Source: Octopus vulgaris (taxonomy: Eukaryota). From it: a stretch of DNA of 64,000 nt. Shown here piece by piece: positions 1 to 13,678 of the stretch. Within the stretch, counting starts at the first letter, position 1. Every line of letters starts with the position of its first letter. Location of the stretch: positions 3,472,001-3,536,000 of the forward strand of contig OX597814.1 in NCBI GenBank assembly GCA_951406725.2. Direction: 5' to 3'. The notes beneath the pieces were generated by a model. It had not been told where the DNA came from, searched no databases, and saw only the letters and a program-made list of their open reading frames with translations. Made by a program: the position numbers and the translations under genes.

Positions 1-74
1 GAAGCAAAGTTCATTCTCCAGACACAAAATTTGCTCGCCTATTGCGATAGAACGATTATTTCCTACGTTGGACA

Positions 75-775
75 CAGTAATTCCGTATGGTGAGGGAAGA
101 CGTGTAGGTAGATTAAATACATTTGATTCACCTGGCGAGGGAAGACATAAGTTTGTCGTTCCGGGACTTAATTTCGTATGATGAGGGAACGTCTTTTCTG
201 ATGTTGGATAACGTCATTCTGCATGTCGAGGGAAGACGTGTCAGAATTTTAAAGACATTTTTTTATTTTGCATGGCGTGAGAAGATATTAGTTTGACATT
301 GAAGGAATTAGTTTCGTATGGTGAGGGAGCATTGGCCCAGAGGTTGCAGAAATGAGTTTGGTACGGAGGTGAAATAGATAGAAATGAAATGATATTTATT
401 TTCAATATAAGGCGGCGAGCCGGCAGAAACGTTAACACGCCGGGCGAAATGCTTAGCGGTATTGAGTCTGTCGTTGCGTTCTGAATTCAAATTCCGCCGA
501 GGTCGACTTTGCCTTTCATCCTTTCGGGGTCGATAAATTAAGTACCAGTTACGCACTGGGGTCGATGTAATCGACTTAATCCGTTTGTCTGTCCTTGTTT
601 GTCCCCTCTATGTTTAGCCCCTTGTGGGTAATAAAGAAACAGATATTTATTTTCAATAGAGCAATTTCGCACAGTGAGGGAAAACGTGTAGGGTTTTTAA
701 TAAATTTGTTTCGTATGGCGAGGAAAAATATGAGTTTGACGTTGGAGAAATTTTCCGTATGGTGAGGGAACGTCA
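75..775. repeat. Degenerate ~45-bp tandem repeat (core TTTCGTATGGTGAGGGAA), split by a SINE
   Basis: Core recurs at ~81, 131, 172, 221, 268, 312, then 664, 709, 752 after the SINE insertion. Confidence 0.7.
410..641 (+). mobile_element. tRNA-derived SINE, family A, full length with 17-bp TSD
   Basis: GGCGGCGAGC head with box A/B-like motifs (GAATTCAAATTCC), central GCCTTTCATCCTTTCGGGGTCGATAAA, tail AATAAAGAAA. GATATTTATTTTCAATA is duplicated at 391-407 and 642-658. Confidence 0.9.
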
Positions 776-952
776 GCGGACGCCGAAATTAGTTTCACAA
801 AAGCTGTGTGTGACACAACTAGTGTGTTTGCCATTATAGCCGTGTGTCTTTCGTCAGGAACAAACAAGGTCTGCCGAAAGACAAAATCTTCGTCTTTAGG
901 TTAATAATCTCATGCGATTCTGTCTCTCTCCCCCTCTCTCTCTCTCTGTCTT

Positions 953-993
<41 letters not shown>

Positions 994-1011
994 CAATCAT
1001 CTCCACGCAGT

Positions 1012-1094
<83 letters not shown>

Positions 1095-1100
<6 letters not shown>

Positions 1101-1216
1101 TATATAGAAGGAGCTTCTACAGGACTAGTACTGTTTCATTCAAGAGAAATCTTCAGGAAGATTTCTCTTGAATGAAACAGTACTAGTCCTGTAGAAGCTC
1201 CTTCTATATAATAAAT
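1095..1216. repeat. Perfect palindrome, 60-bp arms, 2-nt spacer (PLE-end fold-back)
   Basis: 1095-1154 is the reverse complement of 1157-1216; abuts (TA)n. Confidence 0.9.
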
Positions 1217-1285
1217 TAATTTTACTCTGCTATGTATTGAGTACCTTACTTACTGTGGTTAACCCCGAATCAACCCGGGACCTAC

Positions 1286-1350
<65 letters not shown>

Positions 1351-1558
1351 TGTATGTATGTATACATATATCAAGAAAGAGAGAGAGAGAGTAAACAGAT
1401 GAGATCGAGATAATCTTGATATAGAAAACACTTTGTAGCGCTCAAATGATTTGAACTTACACTCCAATATCTTCACCGAGGACCAAGTCTGTGTAATCGA
1501 AGTGAGCAGATATGGAGAAAGTCATTCAAATAAAGAGATAAAACCTTGGGTCTTAATG

Positions 1559-1622
<64 letters not shown>

Positions 1623-1652
1623 GCTTGCTTATATATATATATATATATATAT

Positions 1653-2005
1653 TAGTAGCTTGTTTACCAACCACATGCTTCCGAGTTCAGTCCCACTGCG
1701 TGGCACCTTGGGCAAGTGTCTTCTACTATAGCCTCAGGCTGACTAAAGCCTTGAGAGTGGATTTGGTAGACGGAAACTGAAAGAAGCCCATCATGAAGTG
1801 TGTGTGTGTATGTTTGTCCCCCCAACATCACTTGACAACCGATGTTGGTGTGTTGACGTCCCCGTAACTTAACGGTTCGGCAAAATAGACCGATAGAATA
1901 AGTACTAGGCTTACAATGAATAAGTCGTGGGGTCGACTTGTTCGACTAAAGGCAGTGTTTCAGCATGGCCGTAGTTGAATGACTGAAACAAGTAAAAGAG
2001 TAAAA
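1653..2005 (+). mobile_element. tRNA-derived SINE, family B (5'-truncated)
   Basis: GGCACCTTGGGCAAGTGTCTTCTACTATAGCC (CORE-like) body, internal TG tract, tail GACTGAAACAAGTAAAAGAGTAAAA. Confidence 0.85.
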
Positions 2006-2008
2006 ACG

Positions 2009-2147
<139 letters not shown>

Positions 2148-2188
2148 TTGATAAATGTAAGCACCTGTATAGGTGTGTTTTTCTATTG

Positions 2189-2269
<81 letters not shown>

Positions 2270-2276
<7 letters not shown>

Positions 2277-3263
2277 CTTCTTGAACATTCGACAAGCTTG
2301 AAAGACGGTTCTAGCAAGCTGACGAGCGACCATCGATGAGGTGGCAATTTTCTCTGCAAATCATGGTTCTTCAAACCAAATTGTTCATAACAATCTTCGC
2401 TTCCATTAAGCTTGTGCAAGAAGGGTACCGAGAGAGTATAACCGAAACGCACAAGCGCAATCGTGTAGGGACCTGTCAACGCTTACTTGACCACCACAAC
2501 GATGAAGGGGAAGTTTTTGTGAGATTATAGTCCCAGAAGATAAGACCTGGGTCCATCACTTTAAGTCAGAATCCAAAAGGCAGAGTATAGAGTGGAAAAA
2601 CCTAGTCACCAGCGAAAAAGAAACTTGTGGCTCAACCTTCTGGTGTAAAAGTAATGCTAATCTTTTTTTGGAACGCAAAAGAATTATACGGGAACACTAT
2701 CTGGAAAAGGGGTCTACGGTCACCAGGGTTCAGTGAAATGCTGGCCAACAAACTGAAACCAGTTATTCTCATGAAACACCGAGATCTATTGTCAAAGTAA
2801 TAGCTATAGCTGCACAACAATGAACATACATATATGGCCGCCAGTTTCATCGATGTGGCGGCCATATATGGATGTTCATTGTTGTGCAACTATAGCTATA
2901 TTTGCACAACAATGAACATCCATATATGGCCGCCACATCGATGGAACCATTGAAAATTGGGTTCCGAGTTACTAGAACAACCTGCATATAATCCAGATCT
3001 CTTCTAACTATTACTTGTTTGAACCACTCAAACATCCTTTCCGAGGTGATGGTCTTGCTACAAAGAAGCGCACGAAGCATAAATCGTTGCACAACCAACC
3101 GAAGACCCTCTTCTCCGATGGAATAAACAAGCTCGTGGGCCGCTGTAAGAAGTGCGTGGAAAATCAAGGAGATTATGTCGGAAAATATTACAACTATTTT
3201 TATAAATTTTATTTAATCAATTACAGAAACGAGAGTGTGTATAATTTTTGACTCAACCTTGTG
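2270..3263 (+). mobile_element. Decayed mariner transposon (3' part)
   Basis: Peptide fragments ITETHKRNRVGTCQRLLDHHNDEGEVF, DKTWVHH, LFEPLKHPFRG and FSDGINKLVGRCKKCVENQGDYV match the mariner transposase; TIR-like AATTTTTGACTCAACCTTG at the end. Confidence 0.8.
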
Positions 3264-3627
3264 CAATTAATAACGTGTGTATGTGCGTCTGTGTTTGTAT
3301 GTGCGTTCGTACGTACGCGTGCGTGTCTGTGTGTAATTTCATATACACAAGAAGAATAGTTCGAGCTACCAATAGCTTCATACTGCGAAAAAACACTCAG
3401 TACAATAAACTGACAAGTTTGTAAAGCATACCTTGTGTTTCCAAGCATGAAACTAATAGTTGCTTGAATTTACATCCTGCGTAAAGGAAATGATATTTAT
3501 ATATCACTGGGTGGGTTACTTTGTGTTGACGCCACCCCACCAGTAAAACAATACTACGTTGTGTGTGTGTGTGTATGTGTGTGTGTGTGTGTGTGTGTGT
3601 ACATATATATACACATATTCTATTCTA

Positions 3628-3832
3628 CTCTAGGCACAAGGCCCAAAATTTTTGGGGAGGGGACCAGTCGCTTACAACGACACCAGTACGCAAGTGGTAC
3701 TTAATTTATCGACTCTGAAAGGATGAAAGGTAAAGTCGACCTCGGCGGAATTTGAACACAGAACGTAAAAACAGACAAAATCCTGCTAAGCATTTCGCCC
3801 GGCGTGCTAACGTTTCTGCCAGCTCGCCGCCT
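3628..3832 (-). mobile_element. SINE family A, variant tail
   Basis: Reverse complement of the family A head and centre; the tail differs (CCAAAAATTTTGGGCCTTGTGCCTAG). Confidence 0.85.
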
Positions 3833-3858
3833 TACATATATATATATGCACATATTGA

Positions 3859-3925
3859 AGGCGCATAGCCTAGTAGCTGGAGTGTTACACTCATGATCGC
3901 TAGATCATAGGTTCGATTCCCGCAA
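3859..3925 (+). mobile_element. Isolated tRNA-like SINE head (family D-like)
   Basis: GGCGCATAGCCTAGTAG...GGTTCGATTCC, similar to the head at 9480-9553. Confidence 0.6.
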
Positions 3926-4139
3926 ACACACACATAAACACATATACGCACACACATACACATGCGCGCACGCACACACACACATTCCCACGCGCGTGCG
4001 CGCACACACACACACATACGCACACACGCGTACACACACACATAATGTATGTAATTATATATGTAAGTTTCTTTTCTATTTTGAATCTGAAGAAGGAGCT
4101 GGTTTCAAACAGAGATACAAGGCACCATGTCTGGAATAT

Positions 4140-5170
4140 AGACAACGAAAACAATGTCACATTTTAAACCTGAGAAAAGTCTTGCATAGTTTCACTGTTC
4201 CACTTACAGATTGTATTTGTAATGTGCGAATCAGTCGGTTTATTTCTTTTTCTGAAAATCCAAGATTATCCAGACTGACAGTTAGGCATTTACTGACAAA
4301 AGCAAGTGCACCAATTATTATTAGTATAAATGTGAATTTATAATCGGGATATAGAAGTTAGAGGTTTCGAAGCATTTGTCCATAGTTATCTTCTTTCTCT
4401 TTGATTTTCAAAGCAATATTCACATCAGCAGGACAGCTGACCGCTATATTGTGGTACATACTTTTCTTGTCTGTCCCAAACAGCAATATCTGGCCTGTTA
4501 GGCTTACACTTCACAGATGTTTGGATGGCAATGTCCCACCAGTATTCCTTGTGCTGGTATTTTTGTACGTATCATATAACAAGGGGATTCTCTATATTTA
4601 TTTCAGGACAGTCTCCACTCACTCCTGGCACCTATGCCAGGAGTAGGGAGTAGGGGATGTCTGATAGTGTGACATTGTATATGGTTTCACAAAACGTCAT
4701 GCCACATAGGGAGGTAGTACCTTGATGACATTTTTGGACAGCTGCTAGTCATATGTGTGATGTCTTCCACAGAAGTATGACATAAACTACATTTACAGTT
4801 GCATCTTGAAACTCCAAGGTCTTCGCTGTCTCTTTTGTTGATTCGGTATTTAGTAGCCATCTCCTGTTCTTGGATCGCAAATGTGTAACCTTCGAGGTGT
4901 GATGTATCGGTCACAAGTCCAAGTGAAACTTGGCTTCATGTCAATGTTACTATCTTCTTCAAGTCTACGGGAAACATACCTACGCATGTCCTTTTTTGGT
5001 AAGCTGAACGTTTCACCTCCAGATTTCCTTTGATGTATACTAGTCCACTTGATTTGGAGTTGTATGGGAGGTCATCAGGAAGAGATTGCTTCCTGAGGAA
5101 CTCACTTGCAACGTAGGATATTGTTTCCTTCAGTTTTCACCACTAACTGTTGTTGTTTAGCAAGTGCTGT

Positions 5171-5205
<35 letters not shown>

Positions 5206-5470
5206 TATGCGACATTTGAATGCTGCCTGCACTGATCACAAGCCTCAACATCCTTTATCTCTTCTGAGGTAGGGCCTGTCGATATCACTATTTCTGTGGA
5301 GATGAATCTTGTGGATTTTAATGTCTATGGACTGGATTTCTTCTGCAGACCAATCAAGAATTCCAAATATTGGAATCAGCACTGGTACTGCTACTGAGGT
5401 ATGTATGCATGTATATTCCCAAAGTTTCCATTCAACCTCTGTAATAATTACGAACTTGGAAACTAGCATA
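4140..5470 (-). mobile_element. Decayed RLE-endonuclease non-LTR retrotransposon (R4/NeSL-like), RT thumb + CCHC + REL
   Basis: AVPVLIPIFGILDWSAEEIQSIDIK..HRNSDIDRPYLRRDKG; EGYTFAIQEQE; CSLC..EDITHMTSSC..WHD; hand-translated AVSCPADVNIALKIKEKEDNY...IIIGAL...SVSGTVKLCKTFLRF. Multiple stops and frameshifts. Confidence 0.8.
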
Positions 5471-6485
5471 CGTAAGAATATCTGATCTATCCTCAGTCGA
5501 GTACACTTTCGACCGGAACACTAGCTAGACATGGCTTCAGTAAGATGTTGTTTTAGATGGTGAACAGCCCACCCAATCTACGATAGAATATTAGAAAAAG
5601 AAACATAATCACAACTTATCACGTACATAGTAAACCAGAAATTTGCTAGCTCTAGAATGGTAACACTTACTGTCAGCATAGATGCACTATAAGATTTTTA
5701 ATGTGCCCAACGTTAACGTTAGCTATTGTTGCTAAGACATTAACGCATTCCAGATAAAACGTTACAAGGGAAAGCTTACACTTACACGGGATTCACCACA
5801 ACAATGAGCTTGTAACTATTGAAATTAATCTACTTATTCACATCTTGCATGGAATAGGCAAAGGCCATACACGGATGTAGAGATCGGCTGCCAGGTGGAT
5901 GTGAAAATCTTGCCAAAACTTTGGTCGAGACAAAGAGCATCTTTGGAGAATTAAAGGGAAAAAATCTACAACTCTTGTGTCCAGGCTATAGATTGTCGAA
6001 AGTAAACCAGATTATGTAACAACACATGTGCGTAAAAGCTTACAAATCCTGGGGGTTCTAGAAACAAGAACAGAGCAGATTGAATAGCATTATCCTGTAC
6101 AATTGATTAAGAGGTATAGTGAGAACTTGTAATATATATCGATGTTTGAAATTCCAAGCTTTAAGCGAATGTGCACAATAACATGTAGATGTTGAGCACA
6201 CACATGGATATTAATGAAGGACACATGCACCAATGTATTAAAATAACATGTATAACCATTACACGAATGCGAGTTTATGCACACTCAAACACCCACACAC
6301 CGAACAATTAACACACCCAATACCCCCTGATGTTTGGACGGAAACAAAAGAGCCTTGTCACTTCGTTAGTGACCGTCTTGAACCCGACAAAAGGAAAAAC
6401 AAACACATATAAATATAAACATAAATGTATACATAAACGGATTTATATATATATATATATATTCATATATGCATACACACACACA

Positions 6486-6535
<50 letters not shown>

Positions 6536-6886
6536 AATATATATATAAGGTATATAATGTAAATAGATGTATGTATAATATATACCGTATTCATATGCAT
6601 AAAAGTATGTATGTGTGTGTGTGTATGTGTGTGTGTATGTGCATATGTACGTAGAAACATATAATTAAAATATTACAGTTTCAAGTCACTTGAAGAATTT
6701 AAGGTATGTTAAACAAAATTTCTGTAAAAATGGTCTTCAGATTAAGATCTTCGGTTTTAATGGTAAATCTGCAGAAGACATCTTCAACTGCAATATATGT
6801 AAATATATGTCTACGTGTATGTTCGTGTGTATAAATGTGTGTGCATGTTCATGTGTCTACATTTGTGTGTGTGTCTTTGCACACAA

Positions 6887-6928
<42 letters not shown>

Positions 6929-7073
6929 GTATGTGTATATATGTATGTACATAAATATGTATACAAAATTATATGAATACACAGACACTCACACACGCAT
7001 ACATCCATGTGTGTGCGTGCGTGCGTGCGTGCGTGTGTGTGTTTTATGTACGGATGTGTTTTGTGTGCAATAA

Positions 7074-7273
7074 ACTCTTTTACTCTTTTACTTGTTTCAG
7101 TCATTTGACTGCGGCCATGCTGGAGCACCGCCTTTAGTCGAGCAAATCGACCCCGGGACTTATTCTTTGTAAGCCTACTATTTATTACATCGGTTCTTTT
7201 GCCGAACCACTAAGATACGGGGACATAAACATACCAGCATCGGTTGCCAAGCGATGTTGGGGGGACAGACACA

Positions 7274-7371
<98 letters not shown>

Positions 7372-7536
7372 TACGACGGGCTTCTTTCAGTTTCCGTCAA
7401 CCAAATCCACTCACAAGGCTTTGATCGGCCCTAGGCTATAGTAGATGACACTTGTGCAAGGTGCCACGCAGTGGGACCGAACCCGGAACCATGTGGTTAG
7501 GAAGCAAGCTACTTACCACACAGCCACTCCTGCGCC
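7074..7536 (-). mobile_element. SINE family B, full length
   Basis: GGCGCAGGAGTGGCTGTGTGGTAAG head, internal (TA)n(TG)n, (AGTAAAAG)n tail. Confidence 0.9.
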
Positions 7537-7563
7537 TATGTAAACTGTTTATAATTCTACAAT

Positions 7564-7754
7564 TCTTTTATTCCTTTGTTTCAGCCGTTTGACTGCAGCC
7601 ATGCTGGAGCACCGCCTTTAGTCGAACAAATAAAACCTAGGACCTATTCTCTGTAAGCCAAGTAAATATTCTATCGGCCTCCTTTGCCGAACCGATAAGT
7701 TACGGGAACGTACATACACCAACATCGGTTATCAAGCGATGGTAGGGACACAAA

Positions 7755-7811
<57 letters not shown>

Positions 7812-7966
7812 GCTTCTTTCAGTTTGCGTCTACCAAATCCACTCACAAGGTTTTGGTTGGCCTGAGACTATAGTAGAAGACGTTTCCCCAAGGTGCCATG
7901 CAGTGGGACTGAACCCAGAACCATGTGGCTGGTAAGCAAGCTACATACTGCACAGCCACTCCTGCG
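7564..7966 (-). mobile_element. SINE family B
   Basis: Second adjacent copy in the same orientation. Confidence 0.85.
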
Positions 7967-8266
7967 CTTAAATATGCCCGAAATATTTTAACATTTTTTT
8001 TTATACTGTCCGTAATAATATTTAATTTTAAAAATATCATTGGATTATTTAAAGTATGAAAAGGCCAGGGGTGGGGGTCCAAGGGAGTGAAACAAGCATC
8101 TAAGGGGGTCCCTAGGTAAAACGGTTGGGAGCCACTTGTATGGTCTTTATGACCGTACCGCTATGTCAAACAGTGGTAGGGAGACAAACATAGACACAAA
8201 GACACACACATACACACACACACAATGGGCTTCTTTCAGTTTCCGTCCAAGAAATCCACTCACAAG

Positions 8267-8577
8267 GCTTTGGTCGGTCTGAGGCTATAGTAGAAGACAC
8301 TTGCCCAAGGTGCCACGCAGTGGGACAGAACCCGGAACCATGTGGTTGGGAAGCAAGCTTCTTGTTTCTTTATTGCCCACAAGGGGCTAAACAGAGGGGA
8401 CAAACAAGGACAGATAAAGGGATTAAGTCGATTACATCGACCCCAGTGCGTAACTGGTACTTAATTTATCGACCCCGAAAGTATGAAAGGCAAAATCGAC
8501 CTCTTACGACACAACCACCCCTATGAAAACATCAGCCTTATTTTATTAGTACGACATCAATCCCCGTGTAAAGTATG
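8267..8577. repeat. Copy 1 of a ~310-bp local duplication (SINE B/SINE A chimera + unique flank)
   Basis: Near-identical to 9557-9867, offset 1290 bp. Confidence 0.85.
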
Positions 8578-8759
8578 TTCATAACATACGAAATTCCCCG
8601 TTGTGAGTGTGACGTTTAGATATCGCGGTATTTCGACCTTATTCTGTGTCTCAGCCAAACCTAACCTGAATCCACGAACTTAACGTGGTTAGATGCTCTT
8701 GGTTGTAGAAACCAGCAAACAAATTATTTACTGATGTGTGCTGATGTCTGCCAGAGATA

Positions 8760-9153
8760 TCTTTATATATAAAAGTGAGGTTGTGTGCTGTCTGTCTTCT
8801 ACGATTTAGATTCCTAACTACTCCTACATTTTGCGGTGCAGTTTAACCAAAACCGGGTATCTTATAGTCGTGATTCATATCGAGCCCTTCTGGGTATTAG
8901 CGCGCGTCTACGATGAGTCTACGATTTAAAAAAAAATTTACCATCATTTTTTTCCATTTTAATGCATTTTTTCGCTATTATATAAGGGAAGTAACTCTCT
9001 AAAAATGTCTACGATGAGTCAACGATTTTTAAAAAAAATTTACCATCATTTTTTTTCCATTTTTAATGCATTTTTTTGCTATTTTTTGGCTATAACTCTC
9101 TAAAAATGCTTATTTCCCTTACAAACCCGAGCAACGCCGGGCGATACTGCTAG
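8760..9153 (+). mobile_element. Non-autonomous Helitron
   Basis: A|TC TTTATATATAAAA 5' end; GC-rich subterminal hairpin CCCGAGCAACGCCGGG; 3' CTAG|T; internal ~100-bp tandem duplication. Confidence 0.85.
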
Positions 9154-9295
9154 TTAATTCATAAAATGCAATCAGAACAATGAGAATCCAGACAATTACG
9201 AGTTTTTTCTTTATTAATACATTCTTGTAAATTTGAACGTAATATCTAATGACTGTTGATTTTCGTCGTCGGAGAATACTTACCTCCCTACTTTA

Positions 9296-9553
9296 AAATA
9301 AATAAATGCGCCCTTTTTAAAAGCCTAGCCAGGCTCATGGGCCCGGCTTCCCGGTTTCTGTGGCGTATGTGTTCCCCAGCTGGATGGGACGCCAGAGCAT
9401 CGCAGCGTTACTCATTTTTGCCAGCTGAGTGGACTGGAGCAACGTGAAATGAAGTGTTTTGCTCAAGAACACAACGCGTTGCCTGGTCCAGGAATCGAAA
9501 CCACAATCTTACGATCATGATGCTGACACCCCTAACCACTAAGCCACGCGCCT
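9296..9553 (-). mobile_element. tRNA-derived SINE, family D
   Basis: GGCGCGTGGCTTAGTGGTTAGG...GGTTTCGATTCC head, CORE-like TGTGTTCTTGAGCAAAACACTT, (TTTA)n tail. Confidence 0.8.
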
Positions 9554-9556
9554 ATA

Positions 9557-9867
9557 GCTTTGGTCGGTCTGAGGCTTTAGTAGAAGACACTTGCCCAAGG
9601 TGCCACGCAGTGGGACAGAACCCGGAACCATGTGGTTGGGAAGCACGCTTCTTGTTTCTTTATTGCTCACAAGGGGCTAAACAGAGGGGACAAACAAGGA
9701 CAGATAAAGGGATTAAGTCGATCACATCGACCTCAGTGCGTAACTGGTACTTAATTTATCGACCCCGAAAGTATGAAAGGCAAAATCGACCTCTTACGAC
9801 ACAACCACCCCTATGAAAACATCAGCCTTATTTTATTAGTGCTACATCAATCCCCCTGTAAATTATG
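9557..9867. repeat. Copy 2 of the local duplication
   Basis: Matches 8267-8577. Confidence 0.85.
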
Positions 9868-10025
9868 AGAGGCTATAGCAGAAGACACTTGCCCAAGGTG
9901 CCACGCAGTGGGACTGAACCCGGAACCATGTAGTTCGTAAGCAAGCTACTTACCACACAGCCACTCCCTAATACAAAGTGTTCAGTACCTTTAATTAAAA
10001 AGGGGACAACCATCACACACACACA

Positions 10026-10057
<32 letters not shown>

Positions 10058-10107
10058 TACACACACACACACACATACATACATACACACATACACACAC
10101 ACATACA

Positions 10108-10150
<43 letters not shown>

Positions 10151-10151
10151 A

Positions 10152-10190
<39 letters not shown>

Positions 10191-10559
10191 ACACACATAC
10201 ACACACACACACACACATACACACACATATATATATACACACACACACACACACGCACGCACACACGCACACACACACACACACACACAGTGAGTCACCT
10301 TGATTCTGACATTAACTCAATTCAACAGTTGAGGTGATCGAAGAAGTCGTCTTCGAAACCGACGGAGATCCACTTAAGCATTTAATACAAGTAAACCATT
10401 CGTTTCCAGCTCTTCCTCCTCCTCCTCCTCCTCCTCCTCCTGTTCCATCCCCTCTCTCTCTCTCTCTCTCCCTCTTTCCCTCTCTTTTCTTTTACTCCTT
10501 CCGTTGTAATTCTGTCAAGTCTTGGTTCTCTATTTCAAACATTGCAACTACAAACAGTT

Positions 10560-10860
10560 AAAGTGGGCGGGGCCGGAACCTGTAAATAGGCGTGGCTTCC
10601 TCTTTCTATCTGATTAATAATTAATTTATTCCCAACTTTCTACTTTCTTCCTCTTCGTTAAAACTACCAGAAAAAAAAAACGCAAAAAAAGCTCCCCCCC
10701 CCCGCTCCTCCAAAAAACCAAAAACAAAAACCAAAACAAAAATTTTTTTGAAAATACTCTTTCTTTATAAACTCTTATTTTTGTCATTTCTATTTCGACC
10801 ATGGCGCCGCACTATTGCTAAAGTCACAAACCCAGCCGCCGCTTCATCACCACTGTTCTT
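10560..10860. promoter_or_regulatory. Possible promoter/cis-regulatory island
   Basis: GGGCGGGG (Sp/KLF), CCGGAA (ETS), TGTAAATA (Fox), GGCGTGG, TAATTAAT and CCATGGCG (YY1-like) clustered in TE-free DNA. Motif matches only. Confidence 0.3.
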
Positions 10861-11839
10861 TGTTCTATGCTTTTTTCTTTTTTTCTTTTCCTTTTTCTTT
10901 TTTTTCTTTTTTTGCCTTTTTCGCAAAATTTTTTCGGTTTTTGTTTGTTTTTAAAAAATTTTTTTTTCTATCTCGAAAAAAATTTATTTTTTTCTTGAAA
11001 TTTTAATCTTGTTTTCTTTCAGCATTTTTTTGTCAAAGACTTCATTTTTCTGAGACCTTTGTCTCTCCTTGTCTTCGAGAACAGAGCACAAGAGACAAAG
11101 ACACAGCAACGTGAGATAACATATAAACAACACAATACTGCTGCTGCTGCTGCTACCGCTGCTGGGTCCTCCGTCGCTTATCGACGATGACTATTTGTTT
11201 ATTTGATCAACTGAGAGTAATCCAACAGTCATGTTGAATGGAAGACCACATGGGGAGAAGAAAGGGTGGATCTTTGGATTAGAATTTAGAGAGAAAGGTG
11301 AAGAGAAAGAGAAAGAGAGAGAGAGGAAGGGGGAGGAGAGGTAACTGAAAATAAAGTACCACTATAGAATTTGTACTTTATTTCTCAATCAGGAAAAGAT
11401 GACTGGGCCTCGGTGGGGGTTTGAACACAAAACCAGAGAACGAGAGCGATTATCGCAAGGTGTTCTATCCGACGTTCTCACAATTCAATATGTCAGTCGC
11501 CTTAACTAAATACAATAAAAGTGAGACAATGGTTGAAGCCTCTATGAGGTCGATCTAGCTGCAAGAAATAAAAGCTAAATCTCCCTGAAATACCATCATA
11601 AAAGAAGGATGGATTGGAAAACGCATTCCGGAAGAAAAGACGAAATGGTCACAAATGGAACGCATATAATCGTAAATTTGTTGTTGATAACATCGATAAC
11701 ACAAGCATCTAACTGCTCCAGCTGAGCCACGTAGGCAGCAGTTATAATTTCAAGTCTCGCCACAGTTAAGGTTAGTGTCTAGACAGGCCGTGGTTTTATT
11801 TTAGTGTTGAAGGAGGCAATAATAAATGCCTGTAATATA

Positions 11840-12070
11840 TATTTCTTTATTGCCCACAAGGGGCTAAACATAGAGGGACAAACAAGGACAGACACACGGA
11901 TTAAGTCGATTATATCGACCCCAGTGCGTCACTGGTACTTATTTAATCGACCCCGAAAGGATGAAAAGCAAAGTCGACCTCAGCGGAATTTGAACTCAGA
12001 ACGTAACGGCAGATGAAATAACGCTAAGCATTTCGCCCGGCGTGCTAACGTCTCTGCCAGTTCGCCGCCT
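11840..12070 (-). mobile_element. SINE family A, full length with 18-bp TSD
   Basis: TAATAAAT(G/A)CCTGTAATA at 11820-11837 and 12072-12089. Confidence 0.9.
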
Positions 12071-13018
12071 TTAATAAATACCTGTAATACAACCAGGTTT
12101 AAACCAGAATGCCATACTTTTTTAATAATCTGACTGTGTGTCGTTTTCCTATCTATTTATCTATCTACCTACCTCACACATATACGCACACATTCCTTCT
12201 CTCACTCAATCACTCTCTCTCTCTCCCTCCCTCACTCACCCATTCTATCACTCTCTCCCTCATTCTTTCTATCTCTGTCTCTCACCCTTTGTTTCCACAA
12301 CTGTATTCCTATATTTCTTGTCTGTGTATCGCAACATAGTTCTTGTCTCCTCTATTATCGCCAAGAGACCCAATCGCCACTACATACATACATCGCTAAA
12401 AACCGGGAAGAGGCATGAACGTCACATCGCCAGTCTTTCCTTCTGTGGGTGATAGATCTGACTCTGCAAACACTTCGTATGAAAACTAGACAACAATCTA
12501 TTAAAAACAATCTCTATTTTGGCGCCAAACATCGCAGAGAAGTTTGATTATAAAAAATACGGCGGCTGTTTGGCAAGAACTTTTAAATATGGCGTCGAGT
12601 CGCGATGCAATAAATGTAGATTTTCTTTGAAATAGAATCTTCTCCAAAATATGGTACTTTAAGAAAGCAACATGGCAGAGTTATATGTTAAATCACACAG
12701 TAGTGCTGACCAATATTCCGTGACTTCTGGACAGAGACTCGTCTAAAGTAGAGTCCAGACTCCTCAAGAGTACAGCTGAGACTCGCCGAGAGTACAGTTG
12801 ATTAAAACCTATAAACGTATGCAATACTCTATAAAACTGAAGAATATTTCCACTTTGCCGTCTTCAGTTATATCTGACGAGGGAAATATGGTTCCAAGGA
12901 GAATAGTTAGTTCGGCGTTACCTATGTTAGTTTCGAAACCGAATACCTCACTTCACGCTATCTTCTCTTAGCTAGAGAACACCAACAATAATAACAACTG
13001 CATAAGCAATAACAAAAT

Positions 13019-13019
<1 letters not shown>

Positions 13020-13075
<56 letters not shown>

Positions 13076-13186
13076 ATAATGATAATGATGATGATGATGA
13101 TGTAATTGTAATGGCGATAATGATGATGATGATAATGATGATACTTCTACTACTACTGCTACTATTGTTGTTGTTGTTGTTGTTGC
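13020..13186. repeat. Compound trinucleotide microsatellite (CTA)n(CTG)n(ATR)n...(TTG)n
   Basis: Directly visible. Confidence 0.9.
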
Positions 13187-13678
13187 ATAGAAACTATGGC
13201 TGTCACTTTGTTTCATATTTTTTCTCAACCCAAGGAATTACGGGTATCCACATCGTTCAATCGACGTTCCAGCTGTGGCCTGGCCACTTCTCTTTTCCTT
13301 ATTTCTTTTGACATATCGTTTAAGAATTAATTTAACATGCTGTCACATTACTTCCACCCCCGTTTCTTCCAATTCTCCCAGATACCGTCCTTACAACCTT
13401 ATCCCTATCCTAAAACCCCATTCCCTTCAAACTCAACTTTAGCATTCCACATTGCAGTTAAAACACCATCCTAACAACATCCTCCTCTCTCTCTCTTTCT
13501 CTCCACACACTCACAACTGCAGCACCATCCCAACAGTCCTATATCTCTCACACAGCTAAGACACTACTACAACAACCTACAACACAACTGCCGCATCATC
13601 CTAACAATCCTGTTGTTCCCGCGTAGCCCTGATACATTCACAACACTACACAACACAATCCTAACAAGGTTATCTTTC

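Noticed and set aside
5465-5545. Ribozyme at the 5' side of the RLE LINE fragment (GTCGA..TCGAC hairpin followed by TGAGGA, minus strand)
   Set aside because: Could not build a complete hammerhead or HDV fold by eye.
11231-11346. Possible first coding exon MLNGRPHGEKKGWIFG... ending AG|GTAACT
   Set aside because: Runs into GA-rich low complexity; no recognisable homology.
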